Translations under genes and position numbers: made by a program | NCBI GenBank assembly: GCA_031400935.1 | Contig: JANNQV010000015.1 | Location: 124,001-188,000, forward strand | Direction of reading: 5' to 3' | From: Armatimonadota bacterium | Lineage (GTDB): Bacteria; Armatimonadota; Fimbriimonadia; Fimbriimonadales; Fimbriimonadaceae | DNA: 64,000 nucleotides | Shown here: positions 8,411 to 18,089 of the stretch, piece by piece | Layout: each line of letters begins with the position of its first letter | Position numbering within the stretch: position 1 is the stretch's first letter | Notes under the pieces: model-generated | The model's input: only the letters and a program-made list of their open reading frames with translations | The model's database searches: none | Told to the model about the DNA's origin: nothing

Positions 8411-10344
8411 TGCACTCCTAGGCTTCGGTCGTTAAACCCTATTGTATACGTGCTTTGCTTGGTGATCAGCGCAATTGCCATCCAAATCGCCTCGCCCGTG
8501 TATTCGCCCAGCATGATCCCAATGGCAATGAATTTCAGCCTTTCATATCCGCTCATTCCCGAATATCGGTGAACGAACGCTTTGATGCTAAGCGCAATCA
8601 GCAGACCAAACCAGTAGTAGTCAATTCCGTATGTGATTCCAAGAAGGTAGCCCACCGGATGCAATGGAAATCCGGAAATTCGCACTCGAAGGAAATCTAG
8701 AAGGGTTGAAACACCGAACCCCGCCCCGATCATACCGACGCCGACCGGACTGAATTCTGGCTTCTTTGCAAGCATTCCTTGCAGCAAGCCAATTCCATCT
8801 GTGCCTCCAATTGGCGACCCTAACCGATAGGAACGAGTGACGGAAAAGAAGTAAGCGAAGAGAATCCCAATCACCGCCGCGCCCGCCAAACCATATGACA
8901 GCCGTTTGACATTCACCCCAGTTTCCGAACCCAATTTGAGCGCTTCCAAGTGGGTTGGCATCGGGTGGGTTCGTGAAATCCGGTTCATGAAAAGCATGAC
9001 TTGAGTCATCCAAACCATTTGCTTGTCGCCCATTCCTTGCAACGCGCCGAACTGCCCCAAAAGTCCTGTGGGGCCGAAGTAGGCAAATTCATGGGTCGGC
9101 GGTCCAAGCTGGGCACGCATTCTTGTGAGAACAATACTGAAACCTAGAAAGGCAACAAAGAACGCCAAAATCAGCCAAACCGACATACCGCCTGCCATGC
9201 CAAACCACAAAAAAGCTCCTGCGCAAAGAACTAAGCCAATAAAAGCTGCGCGATGCGATGGCCCTCCGTCTGAAGCCTTTTTTCCCTTCCGAACATCAAT
9301 CCATGCTTCCTTCAAATAACCCCGGCTGAAGTAGATCGCTGCGACAAGCATGGCAATCACGGCTCCCCAGGCTTGTTGTTCCCAAAAAGGTGGACCGGGC
9401 GAAAAATAGGTTCCCGAAAAGGTGCTTTGAGGAACTCCAAAGGACGCAATTCCTATTTGCGTGACTTTCCGAATCAGAAAGAAGAGAATCGCGCTGAACA
9501 GCAAATCCGAAGGCATTAGAAGGCCAATAGCAGCCAAAAATGGATATATGCCGATTGGTAATTCTCCCATCGCGCTCCACGGTGCAGATTGGAGCATTGG
9601 GCTCAGGTCTAAAAGCTGCTTGACAGGTATTTTGGGAACATTCGGGTACCAATAATTGAGTCCGTTCAGCAGGTCAATGGAGATCATGACCGTAAAAGAA
9701 ATCCAAAGTGCCTTGCTCTTCCAAATCGGGTCAGCCGGTTTCGAAAGAGCCAAAGGAAGCTGAATAATTGGAAACGCGAGCTTTTCCCGATCTGTCCAAA
9801 GGCCTCTCATGAGGCTGTTTACGCACATGCAGGCGAATGCGACTGATAGAAACAGAGTTGCCCATGCAAGCCATCGAGGAAGAAAAAGTGGCAGTTTCGC
9901 GAAGACGTATGCGTAGTCGAATCCGCCGACCACCATGCTTCTAATTGGTTCAAGTTCTTTTATCGCAAGCCAATCTGGAAGATTCGGCAGAATCACGTCT
10001 TTGACAGTAGGGTTTCCATCTGCCAAAAACGGTAGCTGATGAACGGTAGCATACGAATAGAGAACCCATTCGGCGCTGATGACCGAAGCCATGGAAACAA
10101 TGCCGTAGATCACCGCGAAATCTGCAGGAGTTAGGAATGATCTCTTTGTTAAGAGCTTCCAAAGGGCATGGATCGCTGCAAAGAAAATTAGAATTCCGAC
10201 CGGAATCGCCAAGAGCGAATACATTGAAGATTGCGGCAGATTTACAGTCGCGTATGCCGCAACCGGGCAGCACAGATAGCCCAAAACAAACCCTCGCAAC
10301 CACGATAAGTTACGTGGATTACTGTGAGGTTCTGAGGAAGGCAT
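8407..10344 (-). CDS. Large polytopic membrane protein (DUF6785/DUF6784-like)
   Basis: W-DREKLAFPIIQLP, RMRAQLGPP, FPLHPVGY motifs; many TMs. Confidence 0.7.
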   Translation of the reverse strand: MPSSEPHSNPRNLSWLRGFVLGYLCCPVAAYATVNLPQSSMYSLLAIPVGILIFFAAIHALWKLLTKRSFLTPADFAVIYGIVSMASVISAEWVLYSYATVHQLPFLADGNPTVKDVILPNLPDWLAIKELEPIRSMVVGGFDYAYVFAKLPLFLPRWLAWATLFLSVAFACMCVNSLMRGLWTDREKLAFPIIQLPLALSKPADPIWKSKALWISFTVMISIDLLNGLNYWYPNVPKIPVKQLLDLSPMLQSAPWSAMGELPIGIYPFLAAIGLLMPSDLLFSAILFFLIRKVTQIGIASFGVPQSTFSGTYFSPGPPFWEQQAWGAVIAMLVAAIYFSRGYLKEAWIDVRKGKKASDGGPSHRAAFIGLVLCAGAFLWFGMAGGMSVWLILAFFVAFLGFSIVLTRMRAQLGPPTHEFAYFGPTGLLGQFGALQGMGDKQMVWMTQVMLFMNRISRTHPMPTHLEALKLGSETGVNVKRLSYGLAGAAVIGILFAYFFSVTRSYRLGSPIGGTDGIGLLQGMLAKKPEFSPVGVGMIGAGFGVSTLLDFLRVRISGFPLHPVGYLLGITYGIDYYWFGLLIALSIKAFVHRYSGMSGYERLKFIAIGIMLGEYTGEAIWMAIALITKQSTYTIGFNDRSLGVQ

Positions 10345-10589
10345 GTAATGGGGTTCGGCATAGAAGCCCGAATTCCTGCCACATTGGAAGTTGAATTGGC
10401 GTATTAGAGTGAAAGCTGAATTTTCACGCTGAGGACGCGGAGGTGCGCTGATTGATGCCGCGAACCTTGGCGTGAGATTCCGGGATAGATCGTCATCTCT
10501 TTTTGTTTTGGAACTGTAGGTGAATTAGGTTAGCGAGGTGGACCCTCAGTTGCGGGTACGCTACGCCTTCAGGGAAGCCGTTCGAAGCA

Positions 10590-11390
10590 ATGGAATGCAC
10601 TAAACCGATCCCTTATATCGAGTTTGCGAACGTCTCCGTTCATTACAACGAAGAGGTCACCGCGCTCAAAAACGTGTCACTTTCCATTGGAAAAGGTGAG
10701 TTCGTCTTTCTTCTCGGTTCTACTGGCGCCGGGAAATCAACCCTTCTCAAGCTTCTGACCAGAGACGTCTGCGAATCCTCTGGCAGGGTCGTATTTGACG
10801 GCCAAGAGTTGGGAGGAATGTCAGATTATCACGTTCCCACTTTGCGCCGAAAAATGGGAATTGTGCCTCAAGATTTTGCTCTTTTGGCACGAAAAAAGGT
10901 GTGGGAAAATGTGGCGTACGCCATGCGGGCGGTCGGTTTCACTCGGAAAGAAGCTCGAAATCAAGTGTCTGACATCCTTGAGCATGTCCGCATGGGATTG
11001 CGAGTGGACGCCTTCCCCCATCAGCTTAGCGGAGGAGAGCAGCAGCGCGTTGCAATTGCTCGTGCTTTGATTCATCGCCCAAAGCTCTTGCTTGCTGATG
11101 AGCCGACGGGGAACTTAGACCCGACACACAGCATGGAAATCATGGATTTGCTTCTGCAATTAAACGCCGAAGGTGCAACGATTTTGGTTGCAACACATGA
11201 CATGCTTGTCGTTGAACAAATGCGTGAAGTCGCGCGAATCGTGACGCTTGAGGGCGGTCAAATTGCAAGCGACGAACGACCGATGCCGAAAACCGTAGAC
11301 GCTCAACTAGCATTTACGGAAGTCGGAACGGAAGATGATGTTCCCGAGCCAATTGAACTCATCGAAACTGCGGAGGAACTGAATGCTTGA
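10590..11390 (+). CDS. ftsE: Cell division ATP-binding protein FtsE
   Basis: GSTGAGKST, LSGGEQQRVAIARA, LLADEPTGNLDP; directly upstream of ftsX. Confidence 0.92.
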   Translation: MECTKPIPYIEFANVSVHYNEEVTALKNVSLSIGKGEFVFLLGSTGAGKSTLLKLLTRDVCESSGRVVFDGQELGGMSDYHVPTLRRKMGIVPQDFALLARKKVWENVAYAMRAVGFTRKEARNQVSDILEHVRMGLRVDAFPHQLSGGEQQRVAIARALIHRPKLLLADEPTGNLDPTHSMEIMDLLLQLNAEGATILVATHDMLVVEQMREVARIVTLEGGQIASDERPMPKTVDAQLAFTEVGTEDDVPEPIELIETAEELNA

Positions 11391-12270
11391 CCGCCTCGAA
11401 TTCGTGGTCGGCGAAGCCATTCAGGGAATGCGAAGGCATTTGTTGATGTCATTTGCCGCAATTACCACCGTTGCCGTTGCCTTATATCTGATTGGCGGAA
11501 TGGGCTATCTGTATTTATCGCTTCAAAAGTACGCCCAAGAACTTTCTGGAAAATACGAAATTCAAGCCTACTTTCAGCAAGACGCTAAGATGGAAAAAAT
11601 TCATGAGGCCGCCGAAGCCGCGCGAGCAATTCCAGGCGTTGGAAGAGTTGTTCACATCCCCAAAGAACAGGCCTGGAAGAAGACTCGACGAGAGAATCCT
11701 GAACTGACCGAAGGACTTGAAAATCCGTACCCAGACGCTCTAAAAATCAATGTAGCAAAACTAGAGAGAACACCAGGAATTGTTGGCGCGATCCAATCCT
11801 TACCCGGAATTCAATCCGATGCGGTCATGTATCACGATCCCACCCAGCGCTTCTTAAATGACTTGATGAAGCTGGTGCAATGGCTTGGATTGATTCTCGG
11901 AGGACTGCTATTTGCGACCGCTGGGGTGCTGATTTACAATGCAATTCGCTTGACGATTGATACCAGAAAACGTGAAATTCGAATCATGCAACTGGTAGGA
12001 GCATCCCATCTTACCGTTCGAATGCCGTTTCTAATTGAAGGCGCGACACAGGGAATTTTGGGAGGAGTTGTCGCGACATTTCTCTTGTGGGCGACGTACT
12101 CCACGATTTCGAACTACGTTCAGGCAAACTTAAGCTCAATGCACAAAATGCAGCCATTTGGTTTACTGCCAGTTGGCTTTTCACTCGTTGTTCTTGGTGT
12201 TTGTTATGGCCTGATCTGCTCGATTCTGGCAATTCGTAATCCAGCGCGCTTGCGGGGCGGTGCGATTTGA
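11383..12270 (+). CDS. ftsX: Cell division permease FtsX
   Basis: 4-TM layout, ENPYPDA, IYNAIRLTI..RKREIRIMQLVGA..VRMPFLIEG. Confidence 0.92.
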   Translation: MLDRLEFVVGEAIQGMRRHLLMSFAAITTVAVALYLIGGMGYLYLSLQKYAQELSGKYEIQAYFQQDAKMEKIHEAAEAARAIPGVGRVVHIPKEQAWKKTRRENPELTEGLENPYPDALKINVAKLERTPGIVGAIQSLPGIQSDAVMYHDPTQRFLNDLMKLVQWLGLILGGLLFATAGVLIYNAIRLTIDTRKREIRIMQLVGASHLTVRMPFLIEGATQGILGGVVATFLLWATYSTISNYVQANLSSMHKMQPFGLLPVGFSLVVLGVCYGLICSILAIRNPARLRGGAI

Positions 12271-13406
12271 GACGATTCTTCACAATTCTCTTTGGGGTAC
12301 TTCTTTTTGGAAGCCTGGTTACAGGGCAATCCTCCAAGCAAAAACCAAACCTTGACAAGCTCAAGGGGTCGCTAAAGACCGTAAATGACAAGAGATCAAC
12401 TATTTCTCGAAAATTGAAGGAAACAAGGAAACAAGTCCGAGCAGTAAAGGGCGACATCCAAAGCCTCGACACCAAAATTGTTGATCTTGGTAATCAACTT
12501 GAAACCACAACGAATCGCCTTCAAAAGACAATTGTTGTCCAGAGACAAGTGCAAGAATCTCTGGAAGAGGCAACAAAAAGAGTAGCGGCAACAAAGGTCC
12601 AAGTTCAAAATCGCCTGCGATGGATGTATGTTCACGGCGAATCATCTATGGCAGATGTTCTGCTCGGCTCAAAGTCTATTGGCGAATTCGCTTCCAGAGG
12701 ATTCTTGCTTCAAGAAATCGCGCACGCCGACCGAGACCTTTTTGAACGCCATACCGAAAACCAAATGCAAGTTTCGATTCGAAAGCACCGGGTGGATACG
12801 ATTGTTCGGGAAGTCGCCGATTTGCGAGGAAGGCAAACTCAGCAACGAATTGGCTTGACAGACACTCGAAGTGACAAAGCTTCGGTACTTGGGCAACTTA
12901 GGACCAAGCAAGCCGACCTTGAAAGGCTCGTTCGACAGTTGGATCAAGAAGAGGCTTCAATTCAGGCGAGAATTCAAGCCTATTACCGAAGTTTGGGGGG
13001 CAAAAAGCCGTTGCCAAAGTTTACTGGCCGTATGGGGCGCCCGACTGCCGGCGGAGTGAATAGCGGATTTGGAATGAGGTTCCACCCGATCTTGCACCGA
13101 AACCGGATGCACACAGGCGTCGACTTCGCGGGCGGGTATGGTGCAGGTATCGTAGCTGCTGCTGATGGTGTTGTCATTGCCGCAACTTATGGCAACGGGT
13201 ACGGAAAAATGGTGATGATTGACCACGGCGGCGGAGTAAGCACGTTGTACGGCCATTGCTCATCGTTCTCAGTGAGTTCAGGGCAGCGTGTGAAGCGGGG
13301 GCAACGAATCGCCTCGGTCGGTGCGACCGGCCTAGCTACTGGACCGCATCTTCACTTTGAAGTGCGGGTGAACGGCAAGCCGCAGAATCCGATGAAGTGG
13401 CTGTAG
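12267..13406 (+). CDS. Murein hydrolase activator EnvC-like protein (coiled coil + M23 peptidase)
   Basis: Signal peptide, long coiled coil, HTGVD and TGPHLHFEVR with intact zinc ligands. Confidence 0.9.
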   Translation: MRRFFTILFGVLLFGSLVTGQSSKQKPNLDKLKGSLKTVNDKRSTISRKLKETRKQVRAVKGDIQSLDTKIVDLGNQLETTTNRLQKTIVVQRQVQESLEEATKRVAATKVQVQNRLRWMYVHGESSMADVLLGSKSIGEFASRGFLLQEIAHADRDLFERHTENQMQVSIRKHRVDTIVREVADLRGRQTQQRIGLTDTRSDKASVLGQLRTKQADLERLVRQLDQEEASIQARIQAYYRSLGGKKPLPKFTGRMGRPTAGGVNSGFGMRFHPILHRNRMHTGVDFAGGYGAGIVAAADGVVIAATYGNGYGKMVMIDHGGGVSTLYGHCSSFSVSSGQRVKRGQRIASVGATGLATGPHLHFEVRVNGKPQNPMKWL

Positions 13407-13426
13407 GGAATGAGCGATTCGCTTTT

Positions 13427-13566
13427 CCTCTCCTTTGAAGGAGGGGCAAGGGGTGGATGGCAATCGCTTCGACAATAAGCACCTAACCAATATCTCAAGT
13501 TTCCCTTCAAATGGAGTAAGAAATATGCGCCACCCATCCTCGATCCTTCCCTCAAATGAAGGAAGA
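13427..13566. repeat. Degenerate palindromic repeat cluster (CCTTCCC...GAAGG / GGGGTGG type)
   Basis: ctcctttgaaggaggggcaaggggtgg and cccatcctcgatccttccctcaaatgaaggaag; related element at 30997-31067. Confidence 0.5.
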
Positions 13567-13608
13567 ATTAGCTCCAATTATCAGACATTCTGAATCAATC
13601 TACATAAT

Positions 13609-14082
13609 ATGAAAATGGCAAATGTAAACGAAAGCGTAATCGCCCTGATGAGCGAAGTGCTTGACGGATATCCGGAAGGTGCAGATGGAACCTGGTTTGT
13701 TGAAGGGAGCGAAGTTCTTAAGGCGACTCTTGCCGACCTCTCAGGAGAAGAGGCGTCTCGATCGTTGGGCGATGGCATCAACTCGATAGCTGCGCATGTC
13801 ATACACTTAACCTACTATCTTGAACTCTCGACAGACGGAATGAAGAAAATTGAAAGAGAGAGCAATTGGGGTGGAAGTTGGGCGAAACAGGTGACGACAG
13901 ATGCCGAGTGGGAAGTTGCAAAACAGAATTGTGCAACGAAGTTCCAAGAATTCTCCGAGATTCTGAGTACCCATGACTTAAGCGATCCAGATGACCTAAC
14001 GTATGCGATAGCAAATCTCGGTCATGCTGCTTACCACCTTGGGGCAATTCGACAGCTGTTCTTGATTGTTAAATCAAAGTGA
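13609..14082 (+). CDS. DinB-like protein
   Basis: SIAAHVIHLTYY and HAAYHLGAIRQ. Confidence 0.8.
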   Translation: MKMANVNESVIALMSEVLDGYPEGADGTWFVEGSEVLKATLADLSGEEASRSLGDGINSIAAHVIHLTYYLELSTDGMKKIERESNWGGSWAKQVTTDAEWEVAKQNCATKFQEFSEILSTHDLSDPDDLTYAIANLGHAAYHLGAIRQLFLIVKSK

Positions 14083-14110
14083 GCACTTGTTTCCCGCGTA
14101 AAATGACCTC

Positions 14111-14716
14111 ATGATTCTCGTCATTGACAATTACGACAGTTTCACATACAACCTGGCTCAATACATCGGGCAGTTGGGATCTGAAGTCATAGTTCGCCGT
14201 AATGATCAGATTTCGCTCGATCAGATCGTCGAACTGAACCCAAATGGCATCATGCTGTCGCCTGGCCCTAGCACGCCGTCTGCAGCGGGGGTTTGCCTGA
14301 ACATACTGGGCGTAGCATTGGGCAATGAAAAATCGTCTCACGCGAAATTTTTTGCATCAAAGCCAATTTTCGGGGTGTGTCTAGGTTGCCAGGCGATGGG
14401 ATTTGTGTCAGGTGCGGAAGTTGTTCGAGCCGAAAACGTGATGCACGGAAAAACGTCACTCGTTCGCCACGATGGCAGGGGAGTGTTCGCTGGAATGCCA
14501 TTTCCATTTAGGGCTATTCGCTATCACTCTTTGGTTATTGACCCAAGTTCGTTATCTGATGCATTTGAAGTGACAGCAACGGCAGAAAATGATGGAGCAG
14601 TAATGGGAGTACGGCACAAATCGCTTCCGATCGAGGGAGTTCAATTTCATCCCGAGTCTGTTTTGACTGAAAACGGCCTGCAAATCGTGAAGAATTTTGT
14701 GGATTCTTGCAGTTAG
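14111..14716 (+). CDS. trpG: Anthranilate/aminodeoxychorismate synthase component II (glutamine amidotransferase)
   Basis: IDNYDSFTYNL, SPGP, GVCLG, RYHSL, GVQFHPES. Confidence 0.92.
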   Translation: MILVIDNYDSFTYNLAQYIGQLGSEVIVRRNDQISLDQIVELNPNGIMLSPGPSTPSAAGVCLNILGVALGNEKSSHAKFFASKPIFGVCLGCQAMGFVSGAEVVRAENVMHGKTSLVRHDGRGVFAGMPFPFRAIRYHSLVIDPSSLSDAFEVTATAENDGAVMGVRHKSLPIEGVQFHPESVLTENGLQIVKNFVDSCS

Positions 14717-14747
14717 TTTGGAGTGAAACAGAATTGTTTCCCGAGTG

Positions 14748-14841
14748 TCACGCAAAGGCGCAAAGGACGCAAAGAGCTGGTTTCTAGTTGCTTCAGAACT
14801 TCGCGTAGGGAGATGCTATCCCCTTTGCGGACTTTGCGAGA
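14748..14841. repeat. (CGCAAAG)n inverted-repeat element
   Basis: tcacgcaaaggcgcaaaggacgcaaag ... ctttgcggactttgcgaga. Confidence 0.75.
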
Positions 14842-14882
14842 AACTCAAAATGAACTCATATGCACAGGGTCAAAATGGAGGC

Positions 14883-15379
14883 TTAAGTGCTGCTAGTTTC
14901 GAAACTTGGCTTAGAATTTGTTTTTTCAACCTGAACTTCCAAGATCAAAGCGCCCCACTTTTTGGAATCCCAGAACAGCAAAATTTTTGATTTGGCCGTT
15001 CCCTTTGTGTGTTGCGAAGTAGCCGAAAAAGTAAAAATTTGGCCTTTGGTCCGGCGTCTCTTTTTGCTGCTTCAACGGTGCTTGCAATTGTAACCAAGGC
15101 CCCCAAATCTTCCTTAAAAATCGGAAGCCTGGCGCTTAAATCTTGAAACCATTGCTGTTCGTGCACTCTGGGATCAAGAATTCGTTTTAAGCTTGCTTCG
15201 CTCCAATCAACTGATAGTTTTCGAATTGCATCTTCCCCAACAAGCTTTGCCGTGCCTATCTCGATATCGGGCAAAGCTAGATCATCGTAAGGTTCAAACC
15301 CTATAGCATAGACGAGAAAACCGAGGTACGTAAGAAGCATTGCCCCGAGAACAAGAATCGCCATGCGCTGGAGTCCCAC
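14883..15379 (-). pseudogene. Membrane-anchored hypothetical protein, possibly frameshifted in its 3' part
   Basis: Track ORF ends at 14945; removing one base in each of two 5-nt homopolymers gives a more protein-like C-terminus ending TAA at 14883. Confidence 0.4.
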
Positions 15380-15429
15380 GATGGTTCAAATCGTACCAGT
15401 AATGAGGAGGAACTTAGGGCGCCAAAATG

Positions 15430-17211
15430 CTAGTCGTTCAGCATGTTGGCTTCGTCTAAGTCCAATGCCGTCGGAATTCGCACCCAAAAAGTGGAACCTT
15501 TCCCAACTTCTGAATCCACCCAAATCTTGCCCATGTGAACTCTTTCTACAAGGTGCTTGACAAGGAAAAGTCCCAGTCCAGTTCCATAAATTTTTCGATT
15601 GTCTTCGTTATCCACTCTGTGGAATCTTTCAAAGACCTTCAGCAAGTGGTCTTTTGGAATTCCCATTCCTTTGTCCGTCACACCAATAAGTAGGTCTTCG
15701 GCGTCAACGCGGCAACTTAAGATCACGTCTCCACCATTTGGTGAGTATTTGATTGAGTTGTTCAACAAATTCGTCAGGATTTGGTCGAACTTATCTTGGT
15801 CTCCCAAAATTCGCGTGGGAAGCGGTTCTGTGACTTCAAGCTTCAAAACGTGCTTGTGGGTGGATTGCTGCTGAACTTTAACAACCTTCTCTAAGATTTC
15901 GCGTGGACTGAATTCAGCATAACTCGGTTTCAAGGACTCGCCGGATTCGATTCGACTGGTGTTCAATAGGTCATCAATCAACCGCCGCAGTCGGTCACAT
16001 TCGGAAACCACGATGCCGAGAAATTCTTTCTGCTCTTCGGGCTCAAACATATTGGTATCCACGCCTTCTAGCAAAGTGCTTGAAAACCCCTTAATGGCCG
16101 TAAGCGGAGTCCGAAGTTCATGAGATGCCATCGCAACAAACGCACTTTTCATGCGCTCGATATTTTTCATCTCAGTTATGTCAACCAATATTGAAACGAC
16201 TCCCAAGTCTTTGCCTTCTTCGTTTTTGACCGCAGCAGCTTGAATTTGGTACACACGTTCGGTGCCTGCAATGTACACAGTGAGTTCTTCGTTGCCAACC
16301 TCTTCGCCGCGCATTGTCGCGGCATGAACTTCTGCAAAAACTTCTCCTTGAATGACTTCAGGGAAAGGCTTACCAATAGCCTCGGTGTTCACGCCAAAAA
16401 TCGCACGAGCAGAAGAGTTGATCTGGCTGATTTTTCCTTCAGCAGAAACAAGAACGAGACCTGCGGCAAGAGATTCAAAAGTTTGCAGCAGTTCTTCGCG
16501 TTCTTCGATAACTTCACGATAAAGCTGCAAGTTGGCGATGATAGAGCCAACGTTTCGCGCCATTCGTTCCAACAGGCGAACATCTTCGTCGTTGAAATCC
16601 TCGCCGTGACGTTTGTTGCAGGCGTGAAGTACGCCAATAACGGTTTTGTCTAGAACTCGATTTTCATCGTCTCTACGCTCAATAATAAGTGGAACAGTGA
16701 TTCCATTTGTAATATGAAGAAGGACAAACGGGTCCTTTTGAGTTCGTGGATCCGACATCACGTCGTGAAAAATTACAGGTTCGGCATCGCGAAACACTTG
16801 GCCAGAAATTCCTGTCGTCGCACGGACTCGAAAAATGGAAAGGTGCTCATCATCTACACCGTATGCGGGCGGAATCCCCTTCAATTCTCCAGCCTCTCGA
16901 TCATAAAACATGATTACGATCTTTTCAGCTTGAAGGATCATAGCAATGCGTTGGACTAAGCGCCTTAACGTTGCATCGGCCTCATTGAGGGGAGCGACAT
17001 CCATTCCCGTGTCCATTTGGGAGCGTACGGGCGTGTTAGCCTTAGCATCTGATGATGCGGATGACTGTGTTTGCTGCTGCTCAAGTTCTACAATTCGTTG
17101 TAATGCAGCTTCTAGTTTTGCTGATAAATTCTCGTTGTCTTCCGCCAACAGTTGGTCTCCACTCAAAATAAAAGTCACTGCCTGTGTTCTCCTTAGCTTA
17201 CCTATTTGCAA
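15430..17211 (-). CDS. Sensor histidine kinase (GAF-PAS-HisKA-HATPase)
   Basis: SHELRTPLTAIKG H-box, NLLNNSIKYS N-box, DKGMGI, GTGLGL; GAF with NKR..DF..ED; start codon uncertain. Confidence 0.93.
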   Translation of the reverse strand: MQIGKLRRTQAVTFILSGDQLLAEDNENLSAKLEAALQRIVELEQQQTQSSASSDAKANTPVRSQMDTGMDVAPLNEADATLRRLVQRIAMILQAEKIVIMFYDREAGELKGIPPAYGVDDEHLSIFRVRATTGISGQVFRDAEPVIFHDVMSDPRTQKDPFVLLHITNGITVPLIIERRDDENRVLDKTVIGVLHACNKRHGEDFNDEDVRLLERMARNVGSIIANLQLYREVIEEREELLQTFESLAAGLVLVSAEGKISQINSSARAIFGVNTEAIGKPFPEVIQGEVFAEVHAATMRGEEVGNEELTVYIAGTERVYQIQAAAVKNEEGKDLGVVSILVDITEMKNIERMKSAFVAMASHELRTPLTAIKGFSSTLLEGVDTNMFEPEEQKEFLGIVVSECDRLRRLIDDLLNTSRIESGESLKPSYAEFSPREILEKVVKVQQQSTHKHVLKLEVTEPLPTRILGDQDKFDQILTNLLNNSIKYSPNGGDVILSCRVDAEDLLIGVTDKGMGIPKDHLLKVFERFHRVDNEDNRKIYGTGLGLFLVKHLVERVHMGKIWVDSEVGKGSTFWVRIPTALDLDEANMLND

Positions 17212-17327
17212 CCTGAGCTAGTTCGAGCACCATCGGTAGGCTCATTATTGCAAGCACTTGTTAAAAAATCAACAATTTGATCCCAATGCATGACAAATCA
17301 GGTGTGTTGTTGACATAATTCTTAGGC

Positions 17328-18029
17328 ATGTCGGAGCAACACTTAGTTAAGATTCCGCTATTTCCGCTTGAAACAGTGCTGTTTCCGCACGCCACGTTGC
17401 AACTACACATCTTTGAGGACAGGTACCAGCAATTAGTTCGCGATTGTGGAGAACTTTCTGGCATTTTTGGAATCGTTTTGTTGCGTTCCGGAGACTTTGT
17501 CAGTGATACGGTTGAGCCATACATGGTCGGAACGGTTGTCGAGATCACACAAATGCACAGCTATCCAAATGGCCAAGTTGAAATACAGGTGCATGGTTTG
17601 CACCGGTTTAGAATTCGCAAATTCGATTATTCGCAGGCCTACTTGTCAGGCTGGATCGAAGGACTGGACGAGATTGATTTGGATCGGGAATCAGATTATG
17701 ATCAATTGATCGAATCAGCTGAAAACGGCTTTCAAACGATTATTCAGGGGCTCATCGGCCAACCAGGCCATGATGTCCAGGTTATTTTCCCGCCGAGCGC
17801 AATTGCGCTCTCTTTTGCGATTGCAAATCTGCTTCAAATCGAAAATCGAGAAAAGCAAAGGCTGCTTGAGATGGATAGCACAGAGGATCGGCTTCGAGAA
17901 CTCATTCCAGCAATGAAACAGCAAGCGCTTGCGATTGATCTTGACCGCGATGCCTTCATTGCCGAAAGGTCTAGCATCGTTTACCGTGTAAGCCCCTCTG
18001 ATCTAGCTGACTGGACTGGGGCGAACTGA
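17328..18029 (+). CDS. LON peptidase substrate-binding domain protein
   Basis: IPLFPL..VLFP...LHIFE.RY, G..RFRI, EKQRLLE. Confidence 0.88.
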   Translation: MSEQHLVKIPLFPLETVLFPHATLQLHIFEDRYQQLVRDCGELSGIFGIVLLRSGDFVSDTVEPYMVGTVVEITQMHSYPNGQVEIQVHGLHRFRIRKFDYSQAYLSGWIEGLDEIDLDRESDYDQLIESAENGFQTIIQGLIGQPGHDVQVIFPPSAIALSFAIANLLQIENREKQRLLEMDSTEDRLRELIPAMKQQALAIDLDRDAFIAERSSIVYRVSPSDLADWTGAN

Positions 18030-18043
18030 TAGGAAGATGGAAA

Positions 18044-18085
18044 AAGACAAAGGGATAAAGGACAAAACCATTATCCCTTTGTCTT
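18044..18085. terminator. 15-bp perfect inverted repeat between convergent genes (possible bidirectional terminator)
   Basis: aagacaaagggataa (18044-18058) / ttatccctttgtctt (18071-18085). Confidence 0.55.
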
Positions 18086-18089
18086 CAGA

